64,000 nt of DNA from Eledone cirrhosa (GCA_964016885.1 OZ024740.1:101308001-101372000), one strand, 5' to 3'. Counted from the first letter of the stretch, positions 23,850-39,153 are shown. Program-made: numbers and translations. Notes: generated from the sequence alone by a model not told the origin.

Positions 23850-26830
23850 TCCTTCTCTTGTATTTTTCTTACTACATTGACAGCTGACTTTTACAACAGA
23901 GCATGTTTTTAATGTGTTGTCCTAAACAGTATCAGGCTGGTTGTATTTTAATTTGATGGCAGTTTTTATTTTTAGATTCCACAATATTCATTTGAGCCAT
24001 AAGTTTCAACATATTCCTCCCTATTTTTTATTATGTTCATCTTCCACAGTGATTTCCAGATTTTTTTAGTTACCACATCATTCCTTTAGACATTTTTTTA
24101 ACAGTTGGTCATAATGTGGTTAATATCCTTGATCTTTGTTTTGTAGAGCCTACATCAATTTTCAACTTTTGTAGAGTAGGTATTTCGTGAGGATTTCTTG
24201 TTACTGTATTGTATAGCAGTATCATTTAAGGTGAGATGTTTGGAAATTGTCAGAAAGCCATGTCAGAATTTCAGATTCCTGCTGCCTCTATGGCCTGTAT
24301 TTTTCATCTCAAGTAAAAGTGTACAACCTTCTCAGTGAACTGGTCCATTTTGTTTTTATATTGCTCTTGCATTGAATAGTTTTCCAATTTCCTGGGAGAG
24401 AAATTTGTGTCAGCTTTTATTTCATGCCTCTGTCTGACAATGTTGTTATTTTCATGCTCATAAATCTGGGTGAGATGGTTGCTGATCTTTTTCTTCTGTT
24501 AGAGATGTTGCTTCAGTGTTACTATCTGTGTCTCGAATGATGTTAATATGGATATTAATCTCCAGCCACCCTCTTTGCATGGTAAATATACCCTTTCCAC
24601 ATCACTATTGATGTTAAAGTTTCCAGTAACACTGAGCAGTTTATGAGTGCTCACAACCATTTCTTTCAGTTCATGAAATGACCAGTTCAGTGGCCCAAGT
24701 GTTAAAGTTATGATGAACTCAACAAAAGTATTATGGGCAATGTTCCTTGAGGTATTCATTCCTGGTTCTCTCCTTATTTATGAGTCTATCATATTGATAT
24801 TCTTATTCTGGCCAAGATAACATAGTTGTCACCTTATTGTAATGGTTTTATCATCAATCCATTCATTTTTAGATTTTCAGAAGAAGGTACAATTTTTGCA
24901 CTTTTTATTGTCAAAATGCATATTTTGACTCACCAAATTCTATGTGAATATCTGTAGAGAATTGGTAATGAGGTCAATTAATTTTTGATGAGGTTGATAT
25001 TTGACCTATATAATTTCAGGTCATCAACAAAGAAATGAGAGGAGATATTTCTGGATCCTTTTCTATGATGACTGTTTTGTGAACAGGTATGATAGCATAT
25101 TTAATGAAAGGATGAAGAGCACTGACAAGCTATCCCTTTGCAAATTGGTATTTTGGTAAGGCATGGTATCAGAGTTAATTTGTTTCTTATCACCTCTAAG
25201 GAGTAAAGTGGTGTAACAAGTCTTGGTCAGGTGTTGGATAGCAGTTACTAGTGGTTATAAGACTTTGGCTAACTGTAAAGTCCTGATAATCCACCCATAC
25301 TGTATACTATCAAAGGCCTTCTATTAGTCCAGTTCTACAGCAAAGTTAGTGCAATACTTCACATTTTTTTAAAAATCATTTTGTTAATTAGTTATTATTC
25401 TGTACAGCCTCATAATACCTTCTTTCTCCCAACTTGCACAGGTGGTATAATGTTATTGGGGTACAATGATCCTGCAAGAACAAATTGAGGCACCTAGTGA
25501 ATAGTTTATACATGATGTTCTGTCATGCTATTGGGCAGTAATTTTTAGCATGGGTGGGCTGTCCATATTTGGGGATGAGTAATGTAATGGCAGTTGTTAG
25601 CTCTTTTGTGTCCTTGACACTTTCTCCATAATACCATGTTGGTTCTCACCAATAAAACATGAGATTCTGAAACCAATAACATAATATGAGGTCTGCGATA
25701 GGGGATTTCTTGTCTGACACTTTCTGGAGAACTGTTTTAGTATTGCACCTCTATTTTGTATTGATTTCATTGAACATGCTGGCAGTCACCTTGCTTTTGT
25801 TCTTTTAGCCATACAGCTTGTATGCTGAATTCATCATTTGTTCCTATACAGATCTCCAGTAGCTCTCAACCTGATCTTCTGCGGGGTTGTATTTTAGTAA
25901 ATGCCTTTCACATTAAAGCTATGGAAGTCTGATTTGGATGATTTGCAAATTATGTATTCAGAATTTGATGTTTATATTTTAGATTTTCATTTTGTGAGTT
26001 GTTGTTTCAGCTGGTGTAGTTTGGAATTGTGTGCTTTAAATCCTGTATTACTAAATCGACTCACTATTTTTTTCTTAAAACTTGCAGATGTCATGTGAAA
26101 TTGCCACTGTTACTCATAATTACAATTATTGTTTTAGATATTTCTTTACAGGAATAGAATTTTGTTCTTTAAGTTGCCTGCCCACGCTAGATCATGTTTT
26201 CTGCTTGTAACTCAATTGTGGGACTTTATTTCTTTATATAAGGCCTGCAATGGGATAACTGGGATATATATCAAAAGACTATAATGGTTTCATAGGTTGT
26301 TTTTATAACTCTGTACTGTGTGGCTATTTCATTTACTGCTTCCCATTCTAATGTATTGAGTTCTTTACTTATACTGGTGTTGCATGGCCTGTCACTCAAA
26401 TTAAGGTTGTAGACCTGTTGAAACATATCATCCCAGATCACTTGTCAGGTATCCACAAGTTTCTACTGTTCTTTTGTTTGTACAATAGAGGTATGGATTT
26501 CAGCTAAATTGTTCATGGGTTGTTTATTGGGATATTTAGCTGACCATTCTGTCCATCAGTGGAAGTGGGGTCATTATCCTCAATGGCTGGGTTTATGGTG
26601 TCAGCCTCTTTTGATAGGTCAGTTAAATGTATCAATTTACATCTCATGATACATTTTGCTTGTTCATTTAAATGTTTTTGGGAAAAGTCTAATTCTGTGA
26701 TTTTGAAGCGCCTCACAATTTTTAGCTTTTGCATAAACACAAACTTTTGAGGGTCAGATTCTATATGCTTCATACATATCTTTGCTAAGATTGTAGCTCC
26801 ATTATATACAATGATTGTAGTTACAAATTA
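23850..26830 (-). pseudogene. Degraded R4/Dong-like (RLE-type) non-LTR retrotransposon
   Basis: SDVERVYLPCKEGGWRL motif, remnants of FVDDLKL and YRKAFDSI RT motifs, many stops. Boundaries approximate. Confidence 0.65.
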
Positions 26831-28730
26831 GTCGAAAGTGACTCATATATTCAGCCATGAAGATTTTGTCTATACACTGATATTTGTATTTTAAAGACGA
26901 TCTTAAAAGTTTCAACAAAATTTTGTCACATCACAATTAAATTGCATGTATGTTTGTGCGTATGTATGTATATGTATACATTTTCTGTATGTATATATAT
27001 ATGTGTGTGTGTGCGTGCGTGTGAGAGTAATTAGGACTTCCATGGAACAGTGTTCCTTGAGAAACTATCTTCACAGGAAAGCCTTAAAATCAATCATTAA
27101 TTTCATATGAAGACTCCTCTTAAGTTTCTTTGACTTTGATTAATTCTTGTATTAAAATTTTATTTTAAGGTTCGATGGAAATTCAAGAATCCTTTTTTCT
27201 TTTTCTTCGTTTATTTATATGTTCATCTCATAATGATTCAGAAAGCTTATGAAATTCATGAGTAATTACTCTTACTTCTTGACATTCCCACTATATGGAA
27301 TTTTCCGATATTCTTATCTTTCGGATAGTATATTTCAAAGGGAATCTAATCATGTTTTTGTTTTTTTCAATGATAAACCTATCATTGCTAATCTCAAGAG
27401 AAGACATTTCAGTTAATTTGTATATCTTTTATCTGACAAATTTTAGAGTATATCATATTTAAAAAACAATTTTGCATGATATTTTTTACATTCATAAAGG
27501 TTAGGAGTTACTTAGTATAGAAAGAGGTGTGTGGTTTAACTCTTCCTTCAGTAGTTTGAGTCTTCAACAAGGACAGGATACATTGCAAAATAGTTGTGTA
27601 AATGATAACACTGGAAGGGGCGTAATATAAATAGACATTCATCAAAGCGGAGATTGAAAGTGTATAGGAGAAGATAAAGTTTGCCTAACAGGATTTTCAT
27701 TAATAGGAATGTTATTGCTTAAAGAATATTATTAAATACTATAACATTTCTAGATTCTGAGAGATTTGAGATTTTAAGGATAAATAATAATGATAATTAT
27801 AAATGTTACATTTGGCCATTTTGAGGGAGTTGAAATTGATTACATCGATCTCAATATTTGCAGATAATTATATTTTATTGACCCCAAAGGTATGAAAGGC
27901 AAAGCTTATCTCAGTAGGATTTGAACTGAGAATATAAATTACTGGAACAAATATCACAAAGCAGTTTTCTGGCAGACTAACAATTCTGCCAATCCATTGC
28001 CATTAGGGTGAATACTAATAGTTACAATAGGGCATAATAAGACTGAGGGTTTAAGAGTGGAAAATAGGTAATAGCAAGCTATTATAACTACCATTTAATG
28101 ACCCAGAGAAAATCATTACCATCACCATTGACAATAATTCCTTCAGTAATTATTGAAACTATCTGAAATTTCAAATCATTCCACTTGTCAGTGTGTGTCT
28201 AATGCAAGCATAGAAGTAACATAAAAACATTACACACACACACATATATATATATATATATGCACACTCACACTCACATGTATATATATATTTATATATA
28301 CATACACACAGTTGTACATGTGTGTGTGTGTGCATGCAATATGACAATCCCATATTTCACTGAATGTTGAAGTAGATAGAGCTAATCATTAGCTGCAATA
28401 TAAAATGTTGCAACTCAGCAGCTGCACACATATTTACATGTACAGAAATGCATATGTGCATATGCATACATGTATATATATATATGTAAGCATACATGTA
28501 TATATATATATACATGCATTCGTATGTACTTGCATTTAGTGCACATTTTTTAATAGTAAGTGGAGGTGAGTGTTAAAGGCATGTTGAGTATAATGTAATG
28601 TTTAAATCTGATATTGCTGAAGTACATTTGAAATCAATTCCCATTCAGTATTAAACTCTCAATGTAGATTTTTTACATGAGTAATTTTATCCTATTTATT
28701 TATTTAGTTATTCAATTTTATTATTTGTAA

Positions 28731-28764
<34 letters not shown>

Positions 28765-28919
28765 ATTTTATTATATTTTGTTTTAATTTTATTGGTGGAT
28801 TTCTTATAGTCTGAAACACTACATTTAAATATTAAAGACAAAGTTATATGAGTCCTGCGAAAGACTAAAAAAGAATATTCTTGGAAACATAGCAGCTAGT
28901 TTTAGATTATATATAGTCA

Positions 28920-29056
28920 CACGCATGGCTGTGTAGGTAAGGAGTTTGCTTTAGAAATATATGCTTTCAAGTTCAGTCCCACATAATGGCACCTTGAGCA
29001 AGGGTCAACCACTATAACCTTGAGTTGAATAATACCTCATGAGTGAAATTTGGATA
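28920..29056 (+). mobile_element. Old tRNA-SINE of another family (also ~49665-49820 and ~54605-54760)
   Basis: GCATGGCTGTGTAGGTAAG head, GTTCAGTCCC B-box, GGCACCTTGAGCAAG body. Confidence 0.55.
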
Positions 29057-29093
29057 CTATATAACCCCACAGTATATATATATATATATATAT

Positions 29094-29432
29094 GGAGGCA
29101 CATGGCTCAGTGGTTAGAGCATTGGCCTTGCAATCGAAAGGTTGTGAGTTCAATTCTCAGACCGGGTGATGTGTTGTTTCCTTGAGCAAGACACTTTATT
29201 TCACATTGCTCCAGTTTACTCAGCTGTAGAAATGAGATGATAGGGACTGAGGTCCTTATCATTCCACTGTAAAGTGGTTGTGCAGGTGCCACAGCAAAAA
29301 AGCACCCAGCACTCACTGTAAATGAGATTGGTGTGAGGAAGGGCATCCAGCTGTAGAAATCAAGCCAGCATCAGTTCCCGTCCTACCCTTGCCCAGGGAA
29401 AAAGCGGACGTAAAATGAAATGATGATGATGA
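29094..29432 (+). mobile_element. Full-length tRNA-derived SINE with CORE-like centre and RTE 3' tail
   Basis: A box TGGCTCAGTGG 29103-29113; B box GAGTTCAATTC 29146-29156; CCTTGAGCAAGACACTT central block; tail homologous to the RTE family 1 3'UTR; (TGA)n end. Confidence 0.9.
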
Positions 29433-29605
29433 ATGATGAATGTGTGTGTGTGTATTTACATTGTTTCTCTTTATGTCCTATAGCTCAACAGTTTGACAAA
29501 AGAGATCGATAAAATGATGTACTGGGATCGATATAATTGGTTTTAACATTGTACCCCATCATGGCACAGAGTGACAGGTCCTATTATCAGAATAAAAGAA
29601 AATAG

Positions 29606-29640
<35 letters not shown>

Positions 29641-29749
29641 CTTTGTGTGTGTATCATCATGTATATGATACACACTCAATCATCATCATACATCCATTTT
29701 TCTTTCAATACTGGCATAAGTTATTACTATTGTGAAGGTGGTGGATTGA

Positions 29750-30398
29750 AAAATGGCAGATTGACAAAGTGATAAGAGCATCAGATAAATTCTTGCAGTA
29801 GTTGTTTTGGCTCTTTAGTTTCTGAGTTCAAATCCCACTAAGGTCAGCTTTTCCTTTCATTCTTCCAATAAAATAAGGTATCAGTTTAGTACTGGGGTTG
29901 ATTTAATTGTCTTTCCTTTCCCTTAAAATATTTGGCCTTGTACTTAAATCAGAAACCATTTAGGGTGGGGGTTGGCAGTATTGGCAGAGCATTGGACAAT
30001 ATACTTTGCAACATATAGTTATATCCCTTTACATTCTGAGTTCTCATCCTGTGGACATTAGCTTTACCTTTTCTCTTTGCAAGATTGATAAAATAAAGTA
30101 CCAGTAATGCAGTGGGGTCAACTTAATCAACTTTCTCCTCTCCTGAAATTGTTGGCTCTGTGCCTAAATCAGTAAACATTAGTATTAGCATCATTATTAG
30201 CAACATTAGTGAATTGGCAGTATCGGTAGAGAGTCGGACACCATGCTTTGATGCATAGAGTTATGGCCCTTGCCATTCTAGGTTCAAATCCCGCTGAGGT
30301 TAACTTTGCCTTTCATCCTTACGGGGTCGATAAAATAAACTACCAGTAATGCACTGGGTAATTGCTGGCCTTGTGCTAAAAAGTAGAAACAATTATTA
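29750..30398 (+). mobile_element. Three tandem tRNA-SINE copies of different ages
   Basis: Three successive head/B-box/body/tail units of the family seen at 22690. Confidence 0.8.
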
Positions 30399-32814
30399 TA
30401 TTCTACATACGGTTTGCATTGTGGGCCATTCCATTCATCAGCTGTTGACTGGTGATCTCAACATTTCAGTACTTCCCAACAGTATCACTCCCTTCAAGGG
30501 TGCCAAACAGCACTAATGCTATGAAGAATGTCCATAAGTTATCAACATAGCCATCACAACAATCTTGATGTTACTTTAACCACACTAGTCCTTTAAGAAT
30601 TAATATATTTACACCTTGCTAGGTCACTCTAACTGGAGTCTGAAAAAATCCACATTCTGTTATTAAAAGATGTGATCACAGTTAATTATCACAGTGTTGT
30701 AGCTGAAGCAATCTGTACTCATTATCATCATCAACATTTAATGTCTATTTTCCATGCTTGCATGGGTTAGATGGGTTGCCATGTTATGTGGCTAGACTGG
30801 TCAGGGAACCACATCTCGGACATACAATCTGTTTTGGGCTTGGATTTTTACAGCTGAATGACCTTCATAATGCCAATCATATTTAAGCATGTACTGGAAG
30901 CTTTTTTGATAGCACCAGCATTACAAGCTTACAAATTGGACTAGGTGCTTTTTGTTGTGGTGCCAGTACAACTACCTTACATGGCACTATGACTGAAAAT
31001 TGGAAGTGAAAGGAAATTATTTTGCAAAGAAAGTCTTTATCGTTCAGTTGAATCTAGGGTTGTAGCTTTTCAGTGTGTATCCAATTTGGTTTTATTTTAT
31101 GAAATGCTGTCAAAGAAATGTGGCTGAGGGAATTTTTCTACTGTTATTGCTGTATTTCACTGTAGAAAAATGTGTGCCGGAATATTTTTTTGTTGAAATT
31201 GTAAAACAATTGTTTCCAAGTTTTAGTCTAATAAAGTGTTGTGAAAAGAATCAAATCATTTTTTTTTTTTCAGTTAAACTGTTCAACTTCAATATTCTAA
31301 GGACTAATCTAAATGTCTGGTTTTATTGCAAATGGCTCACTGCCAGATATCAACTACAGTATATCACAATACACCTAGACTGGAAGTAGCAATAATGATT
31401 TAATAGCAAGAGCAATCAGAAGCATGAACTTGTACAGAGTTGTGATGTGGCAGAACTTGTATGGACAATGTTCCACATAGATGGAATCTGCAGAAAACCA
31501 AGGAATACATTGGAAGAAGTGCTAATATTTGATGATATTAGTAGCATCACATAGATGCAATAAGGCAAAAGAAATTACTTAATGCTGTCAGGTAAAGAGT
31601 AATAATATCTACTCAAAATTGAGTCTGTGTGAGACTTAAACCACATGTATTTATTCGATCTTACTTATATACACAAAATGTGGGTCTACTCAGATCCTAC
31701 TGAAAATATTTTTGCAGGAAATATAGGTTCTATATATGGGCGTAAATCAATATATTTAAAACATATGAAAAATTCTCTAGAAAAAATTGTACAGATAAAG
31801 TGTTTCTTTGTAAACAGATTTCTATAACAAATTCGTATAAGCACCCCTGTTGTGAACTTATAAATGCACAAATATGGGAAAACCAGTGAATGGTAAATAG
31901 AAAAGTTGTTTTGCTAATATGTTTTAGCTGTAGGGGGAGTTTCAACAATGGGGAAAATATTTATGGAATTTACACTAAAGTGGCTTAATTGTGAATGTGG
32001 CTAATAATTGAAGATATAAATAAATTTGTGATATACATATACTATTTTTGACTCGGTTATTTATGTATTTCAGCCAAAATGTTTATTTTGTGGTATCTGA
32101 GTGGTGAGGATTTTGTGAATATCAGGTCATGTAATCATATTTAGAGAGTTTAATTGTGATTATACTTATTTGTAAATTGATAGAATTGAAATCAGGTCAG
32201 ATATAGGTTAAAATTTAGTGTGTATTGAGTAAGTGTTTTGTGCAAGTATCATAACACACACACAAATGCATATGTATACATATATGTACACACACATAAA
32301 GGTATCCAAATATATACATAAATGTATATACACACACACTTAGACAGGTGTGTGCAGTCATGCATGAACAGCAAATTTACAGAAATTATTAACATATGAA
32401 AGTGTAAATAATGAACAGGCAAATAGAAGAATGCAGTAAATATTATTTTGGAAAATGGGAAAATACCAAATGCAGATATTGACTACAACATTAGTCTATC
32501 ACTCTAAATAATAGTTTATAAAATCAGGTAAAATACTCCGATATGGAAAAAGTGGTCATTAGCTGCAACACAGAATTAAACTGGATATCTTTTGAATCCC
32601 AGCCAATCCTATAACCATTAAGCTAATTGCCTGTTAACCACAGATCCTGTAAAATTTACGTAGCTATACCAAACAACTTGGCTATAAACAAGTTTTTATA
32701 CATTATTGAAAATTTTTTTAATGTGGCAGAGCCCATCTCCTCCCCAGGCATGAATAGAGTAGATTTCTTCCAGAGAAAGATAGTGAGAGAAAGAAAGTGA
32801 GAAAGAGATATAGA

Positions 32815-32972
32815 GGAAGAATCAACCCCAGTACTTCACTGCTACTTTTATTTATCAACCATGAATGGATGAAAGCAAAGTTGACCTTGGTGGGATTTGA
32901 ACTCGGAGAGCAGAGAGCCAGAATGAATACTAAAATCATTCTATCTGTCTTTCTAATGACTCTGCCTATTCG
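32815..32972 (-). mobile_element. tRNA-SINE copy (similar minus-strand copies at ~27820-27990 and ~56710-57020)
   Basis: GGATGAAAGCAAAGTTGACCTTGGTGGGATTTGAACTC is the reverse complement of the B-box and body. Confidence 0.7.
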
Positions 32973-33129
32973 ATGATTAAATGTTATATATGAATACACA
33001 AAAAATAATACTTTTTGTGTGCTTAATCGTATTTACATACATAAATGGAAAACATGTAAGACATAAAAAATTATTTCAAAATTAAATATACAAATTATAA
33101 ATAAGCTCTATTGAAAACATAGCCAGCTT

Positions 33130-35000
33130 TTCTGGTGTGTCCATACCATCTTTTATCTGTTGGTATTTCATAATGTTGGCATAACTTCCAGTGTATGTAA
33201 ATACCAATTTAACCATGGCTGTGGATATATTCCTTTTTGGCTAAGATTACGAAGCCTGAGATAATGGTATTATTCATTTCTTCCCCACCTCTGCATATTC
33301 TGCAGTTACTTACTGTTCTGCTTCATTATATACTTCTGGTGAGGAGACTTTGATTTTGTGCTGCAACTAGGAATCCATCAGTCTTGGCTTTTAGTCCAAC
33401 CATGGTACTCTGGAAGTCTATTTTCAATTTAGATTTTATGGTTTTCACAATTTTTGTTGTTGTTTTTTTGTTTTTCATTTTTCAATTATCGGTTAACCTG
33501 GCTTCTGTTTTAATTTGTTACCTTCCTTGAATACAGAAAACATTTTTTTATTTTGTTCATGTTTTCATGGATATTTGTATTATATTTTTTTGTCCTTCAT
33601 AAGATAGATTTGTAGTCCTACAGTAGTTATTTTATAATAGATTTCTAATTGCATAAGACTAGTTATTCCTTGTTGTCATGGAAGATCTTTCTATATATGA
33701 TTTTGGATGCTGTATTCAAAATGCAGTCATGATTTTTCTTGTTTTTATGTATATTCCAGCTAATTCTTTTAGTGTCCAGTTCAGAATATGTAAACTGTAA
33801 CTTATTACTGGGATCGCTAGAGTGATGATGCTAATTACCTTATTCTTTGCATTTAGCTCTGTTTTAAGTAGTGATCTAATCTGTTTGTAGTCTTTCTTTC
33901 TAATCTTTTCTTTCATCTGTGTATGTTGAACCCTATCTTCCACAGTTGTTTATGTGTTGCATTCGTTATTCTTACCAGTTTTGTGCATGGTAATTTTTCC
34001 TTTTTCTTCTGTCTGAAATTTTCTCCACAACTCTTCCACTCTTTTACTTCAGGGGCTATATTTATCTCTATTTTACTCCTAAGTTCCTTGTAGAGTCGTT
34101 TTGTGTTGAAGTAACTGGTTTTGTTCAAACACCTTTTGGCACTTAACATATCTCCTGATTCTTTGTGCCTTTGCAAATATTTGTTGTTTTAGGCATTCTT
34201 TAGTCTCCTTGATTTTCTATTATGTTACACTGTTTTTCTTTAATATTTTTATTTTCTTTCCTATTTTTAATTTTGTTGCTTTCTTTCCTATTTCAGTTAA
34301 GATTGAGATGTCTTTATTTTTATTTTCTATCTTTCTTTGTGTTTCCATGTTTGTGTAGATTTAAGACGGTACCTACTTTCTTTCGTAACAACAGCAGCTG
34401 CTACATTTTTTATGATACTAATGTTTCTATGAGTGTATATTTAATCTATGATAGTTAGTTTGGTGATTTTTATAATTGTTGCTATTATATTATTAATTTT
34501 TATCTTTGGAACTATATTCTTTGGTTCAGAGGAAAATCTATTGTTTGAAGTCCTTGGTTTATTTCCATCTTTATCCTAACGCGATCTTGAATTTCTTCTT
34601 TAGGATTTCTTTTTCTTATATTTTTCTCCTCATATTTCTTTTCTATTGTATTTTTGGTTATGTTGTCCTGAATCTGTTTTTGTTGGTGAGCACTCTGTAT
34701 GTCTTTTAGATTTATGGTTTGTTGTGTTATTTTGTTTACTTTCTCTGTTTTGGATATGTTAGTTTTATATTTGTTTTAAATTCTCAACATGTTAATGTTT
34801 GTTAATTCTTTTGTGCTTGTTATTTGTTTTGTGTTTGTTATTTGTTTTTTTTATGTGTATTTGTTCTTTTAAGTACTCTATTTCCATGACTGATATTTTT
34901 TGCTTTTTATACGTATTTCCTTAAATTTGCTAGTTTGTTTGTGGGTCAAGCTTTAAATCAGAGTGTGAGCTGTTTTCTTTTTGCCAGATGTGATGTGTAT
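33130..35000 (-). pseudogene. Second degraded R4/Dong-like non-LTR retrotransposon
   Basis: IRSLLKTELNAKNKV..ITLAIPVISYS..LNWT..KTRKIMT motif, typical of the post-RT region of this clade. Confidence 0.6.
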
Positions 35001-35239
35001 GTATTGTTTTCAGTTATAGAAAACATTGTATGATGACCAATGCATGCAAAAACATACAAATGTAAAAGCAGGAAGGTTGGTACCCCCCAAAAAAACATTC
35101 TAATTGAAGGATGAGACCATTACCCTTAAAAATGAACATCCTTTTTTTTTTTGTATGCATCTTTTGCTATTTGTGTTTCTTTTCACGAATGCATAATTCA
35201 TTTAAAAAATCATAGACATGGTCGATGACAAAAATTCTT

Positions 35240-38225
35240 CCACTGCAATGAACAGCTAATTGTCCACAAAATGGAAAAGCCAAAGCTCATAAAAAAAACT
35301 CCAGCAGTAACAACAACATCTCTGCACCAGAAAAGTATGAAAGCAACCTCCTGCTTTTAAAAACTTTGACACCACCATCACATTCACCAGGAAAACAAAA
35401 TAAAACTAACTAAAAAAACAACACTAAAAGCAAAACCATCACTTCTACAAACACAGCAACAAAAAAACATTGATAAAAATAATAGCAATGCTATAAACAA
35501 AACCAACAGTGACAACTGAAATGGTAAAAGCAAGACCAGCAACAACACCAATAAAAAGATTAATAACAACAAACTTTTTCAAACATTGCAAGAACAAATC
35601 AAAAAGAAATGCTTCCATTAAAATTCGAAAACAAGACACCAAATTGACTCAATCCAAAAAATATCATAAAATGTGAAGGTGGGAAGGCAGTGGTAATGGT
35701 ACCACCTGAAATAATGGCAGAAAGGGCCAATCCCTGTCTTTGCCCTCATTTGAGAAGATAGAAATGGGGCAAGTAATGCCATCACCATATCAGACACCAC
35801 ATGCAACATAATCAGACCCACATCTGCTACATCATCATCATCATTTAATGTCCATTTTCCACACTAGAATGGGTTAGACAAGCTGTTGCATTGTGAGACA
35901 AGCCAGGTTGGAGGACAGTGTTTTTCTCACACTGAACTGATTTTGTCTTGGTTTCTACGGATGGATGCCCTTCCTAATGCCAAACACATTTACAGTGTGT
36001 ATTGGGTGCTTTTTGTCATGACACCTACACCACCACTTTACAGTGTAGACTGGGCACTTTTTGTCATGACACCTACACGACCACTTTACAGTGTAGACTG
36101 GGCACATTTTGTCATGACACCTACACGACCATTTTACAGTGTAGACAGGGTGCTTTTTATCATAACACCTTCATAACCACCTTACCGTGTGGGCTGGGTG
36201 CTTTTTATCATGACTCTTACATGACTCCAACAAACTCAAACCCAACAAAAGGAAACAAACTTTTCAGCAACATTTCACTCAATTGCTCTGGTGTGGTAGT
36301 GGGTCAGATCCAGAGATGAACTTCAGTGCCTAGCTTGACTGCCTGACACAATTCTCTATTATGGAGGCAACGGGTTTTGCAAAGCTAATACCAGCCGCTA
36401 AAATACAGTAGTCAATGACTAATTGAATGAGGAGTAAATCACTGATTTGGGTGGTCTGACCTACGAACATTACACTTTCATGTCAGAATTGTATGGCAGC
36501 CACTTGGAAGATGTCTACTGCAAATGGCAGCATAACAGGAGTCAAGGAGTAGTGGTGCTGCTAATTAGGGACCTGAACAAATGAGACTGTTTTAATAATA
36601 TTAGGCCCGTAATTCTGTTAAATGTAGAGTATAAATTTTGGCTAAGGTTTTAGCAATGTGGTTGTCACTTGTCACCAGTAGAGGAGGCACAAACATGCAC
36701 CATCTTGAACAGATCCATCCACAATCTCCACCTCATGCAATACATCATAAAGAGGGTAGCTAAGGAACCTGGCACAAGTGAGACCATGATCAACTTAGAC
36801 CAATCAAAAGCTTTCAATAGTGTCATCCATCAGTTCCTGGTAGCAGACTTGTTCTCAGAGGATGGACTGCTGCAATGCACAGCAACACCTGCTCTGTTGT
36901 CAGTGAACAGTCACCTCTTGGAACTGTTTAATATCAGGTGCTTGGTCGGCCAATGTTGTCCCCTATCATCCCTGTTGTATGTATTGATCGCAAGCCACTA
37001 CTGCACAAATTGGAGATGTAGACCTCCCAATGGACAAAACCTGGAACCAGGTAATAAGCAGGGTGGCCACACTCATCTAGAAATGAGCAGAGAGGAAGCT
37101 ATCACTGAAATGTCAGGAAGAGGTGACAAATGCAGACACATCGTGTCTGTCATCTACTATCACATGTTTGTCGTGCCTTGTCCTGGCTCACGTCTGACTG
37201 CATTTGAATATTTCCACTTTGTTGAAAGGATGCACACTGATGGCCAGGCCATCCATTTGCTATCAACACCCACTGTGTGGAGGACTGGGTATACCATGGC
37301 TGATGATGTGCAAGCATGTGACATCTCCAGCTTTTCCTTTACAGTGAACAGGTATGGTCACAATTTACTAGATATCTTTTCTCCAGCTCATCTCATTGAT
37401 GGAACTGCAGCCCTGGGTCAAGCAAAGACCAAGAGAGAGTGCTTGGAGATAAGAATGTCTTCAAGCACTCACAGCCATGGTGTTCTATAGTGGGTTAGTG
37501 GCAGGTAGACTAGGGGAGACTCCGGGCATTACTGATAACCATCTAACCACACTTTTCTGGAGAACTTTCAGTCCAGGGCCCATGGATAACTTCCTGAAAT
37601 CCCTGACCAGCAGTGCTACTAGGGAGCTTTACCAGTTGAAGATAAACTCTTCAGGGATGGAAATGCCATCAGCCAGACCAGTCCAAGACGCATGCATGGC
37701 AACAAAACAATCCTGCATGCACTCATCATGTGTCCAAGTATTGGTGACTTGTGAGTTTATATTGAACACCTGCCATCATGTGTAGGACAGATATGGCTAT
37801 CAGCTGAGTCCATCATGAATATTGCCCCATTGTGATTCTTTAGCTGTGATGGGCAGGCAGTTTTTATCTGCCTGGTGGCCTTAGCAAAATATGTCATGTG
37901 GTGGATACATCTGAAAGTGTTGAAGGCAAGCACTTTCCTCTTCAGCAAACCCCTAATTATCTTTTTCAGGTTTCACTTGAAGAGGAAATTCAAGGTGGAG
38001 AGGGAATTGATGCCTTCTAACCAGTTTGATGAAAGGCGGGCAAGAGTGGTGAGCATGGCAAATTGGGGAATTTGTTTTTTTACATTTATTGTTTTTGTTT
38101 AACTTTATATACTCAAAAAGAAAAACACATTCTACCGTGCAATGCCATTCTGTACTGGCCTGTGCTGTCTTTAATGTTTTCTCAACATGAGCCCTGCATG
38201 GCAAATAAAGAAATCGTTATTATCA
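35240..38225 (+). pseudogene. Degraded Tx1/L1-like LINE (ORF1 start + RT remnants)
   Basis: INLDQSKAFN and VGQCCPLSSLLYVL RT motifs; AATAAA near the 3' end. Homologous to 57060-60270 in opposite orientation. Confidence 0.7.
35830..36230 (-). mobile_element. RTE 3'UTR fragment with expanded ~48-bp tandem repeat, nested in the Tx1-like relic
   Basis: (CAT)n tail, GGATGCCCTTCCTAA block, ~5 units of CACTTTACAGTGTAGACTGGGCACTTTTTGTCATGACACCTACACGAC. Confidence 0.8.
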
Positions 38226-38734
38226 TCATTGCTATTATTATTATTAATGTTGTCTATGTACATAAAGAGCATTAATGGAGGCCAGGAAACATTGTATTTA
38301 TACATAATGCCAACATGTCAACTTGGGTCAGTGAGTTGGCATCGTAACTGAAAATGAGTGAAGAAAAGTTTGGGAAAGATAAATCAAGAACCATGTCTGA
38401 CAGAGAAATGAATTTGATTCTATAGGGTATAGACAGAGAGGAAGCTTATTTGTCTGTTCTGGACCAGTAAATCTACTGCATAGTATAAACTAACAGATGT
38501 ACACTATAAACACCTTTTGACCTTCACATATGGACAACAAATATCCCGCCAACTTCTATTTTTCATTTACTTGTTGTAAATACACATGCTTGAAAGTCTT
38601 AATAGAAGCATAATGTGCACTGAAATAAAAAATGTGTGTGTGTATATTTATATATATATATAAATGCATGCATACACACTGACATGTACACACACAAATT
38701 CTCTCCAGACACCTTTGTTCAATGAATATACATA

Positions 38735-38742
38735 TATATTTG

Positions 38743-38811
<69 letters not shown>

Positions 38812-38890
38812 TTATATGTATATGTGTATATGTATATATATGTGTGTATGTATATATATGTGTATATATATATATAAATGTGTGTGTGTG

Positions 38891-38935
<45 letters not shown>

Positions 38936-38973
38936 ATATATATATATGTATGTATATATATATATATGAGTGT

Positions 38974-39009
<36 letters not shown>

Positions 39010-39018
39010 ATGTGTATG

Positions 39019-39049
<31 letters not shown>

Positions 39050-39122
39050 ATGTATATATATGTGTATACATATATATATGTGTATGCATATATATATATA
39101 TATGTGTATGTATATATGTATG

Positions 39123-39153
<31 letters not shown>

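Noticed and set aside
29094-29170. tRNA gene
   Set aside because: A/B boxes belong to a SINE head that continues into the body and LINE tail; no clean cloverleaf.
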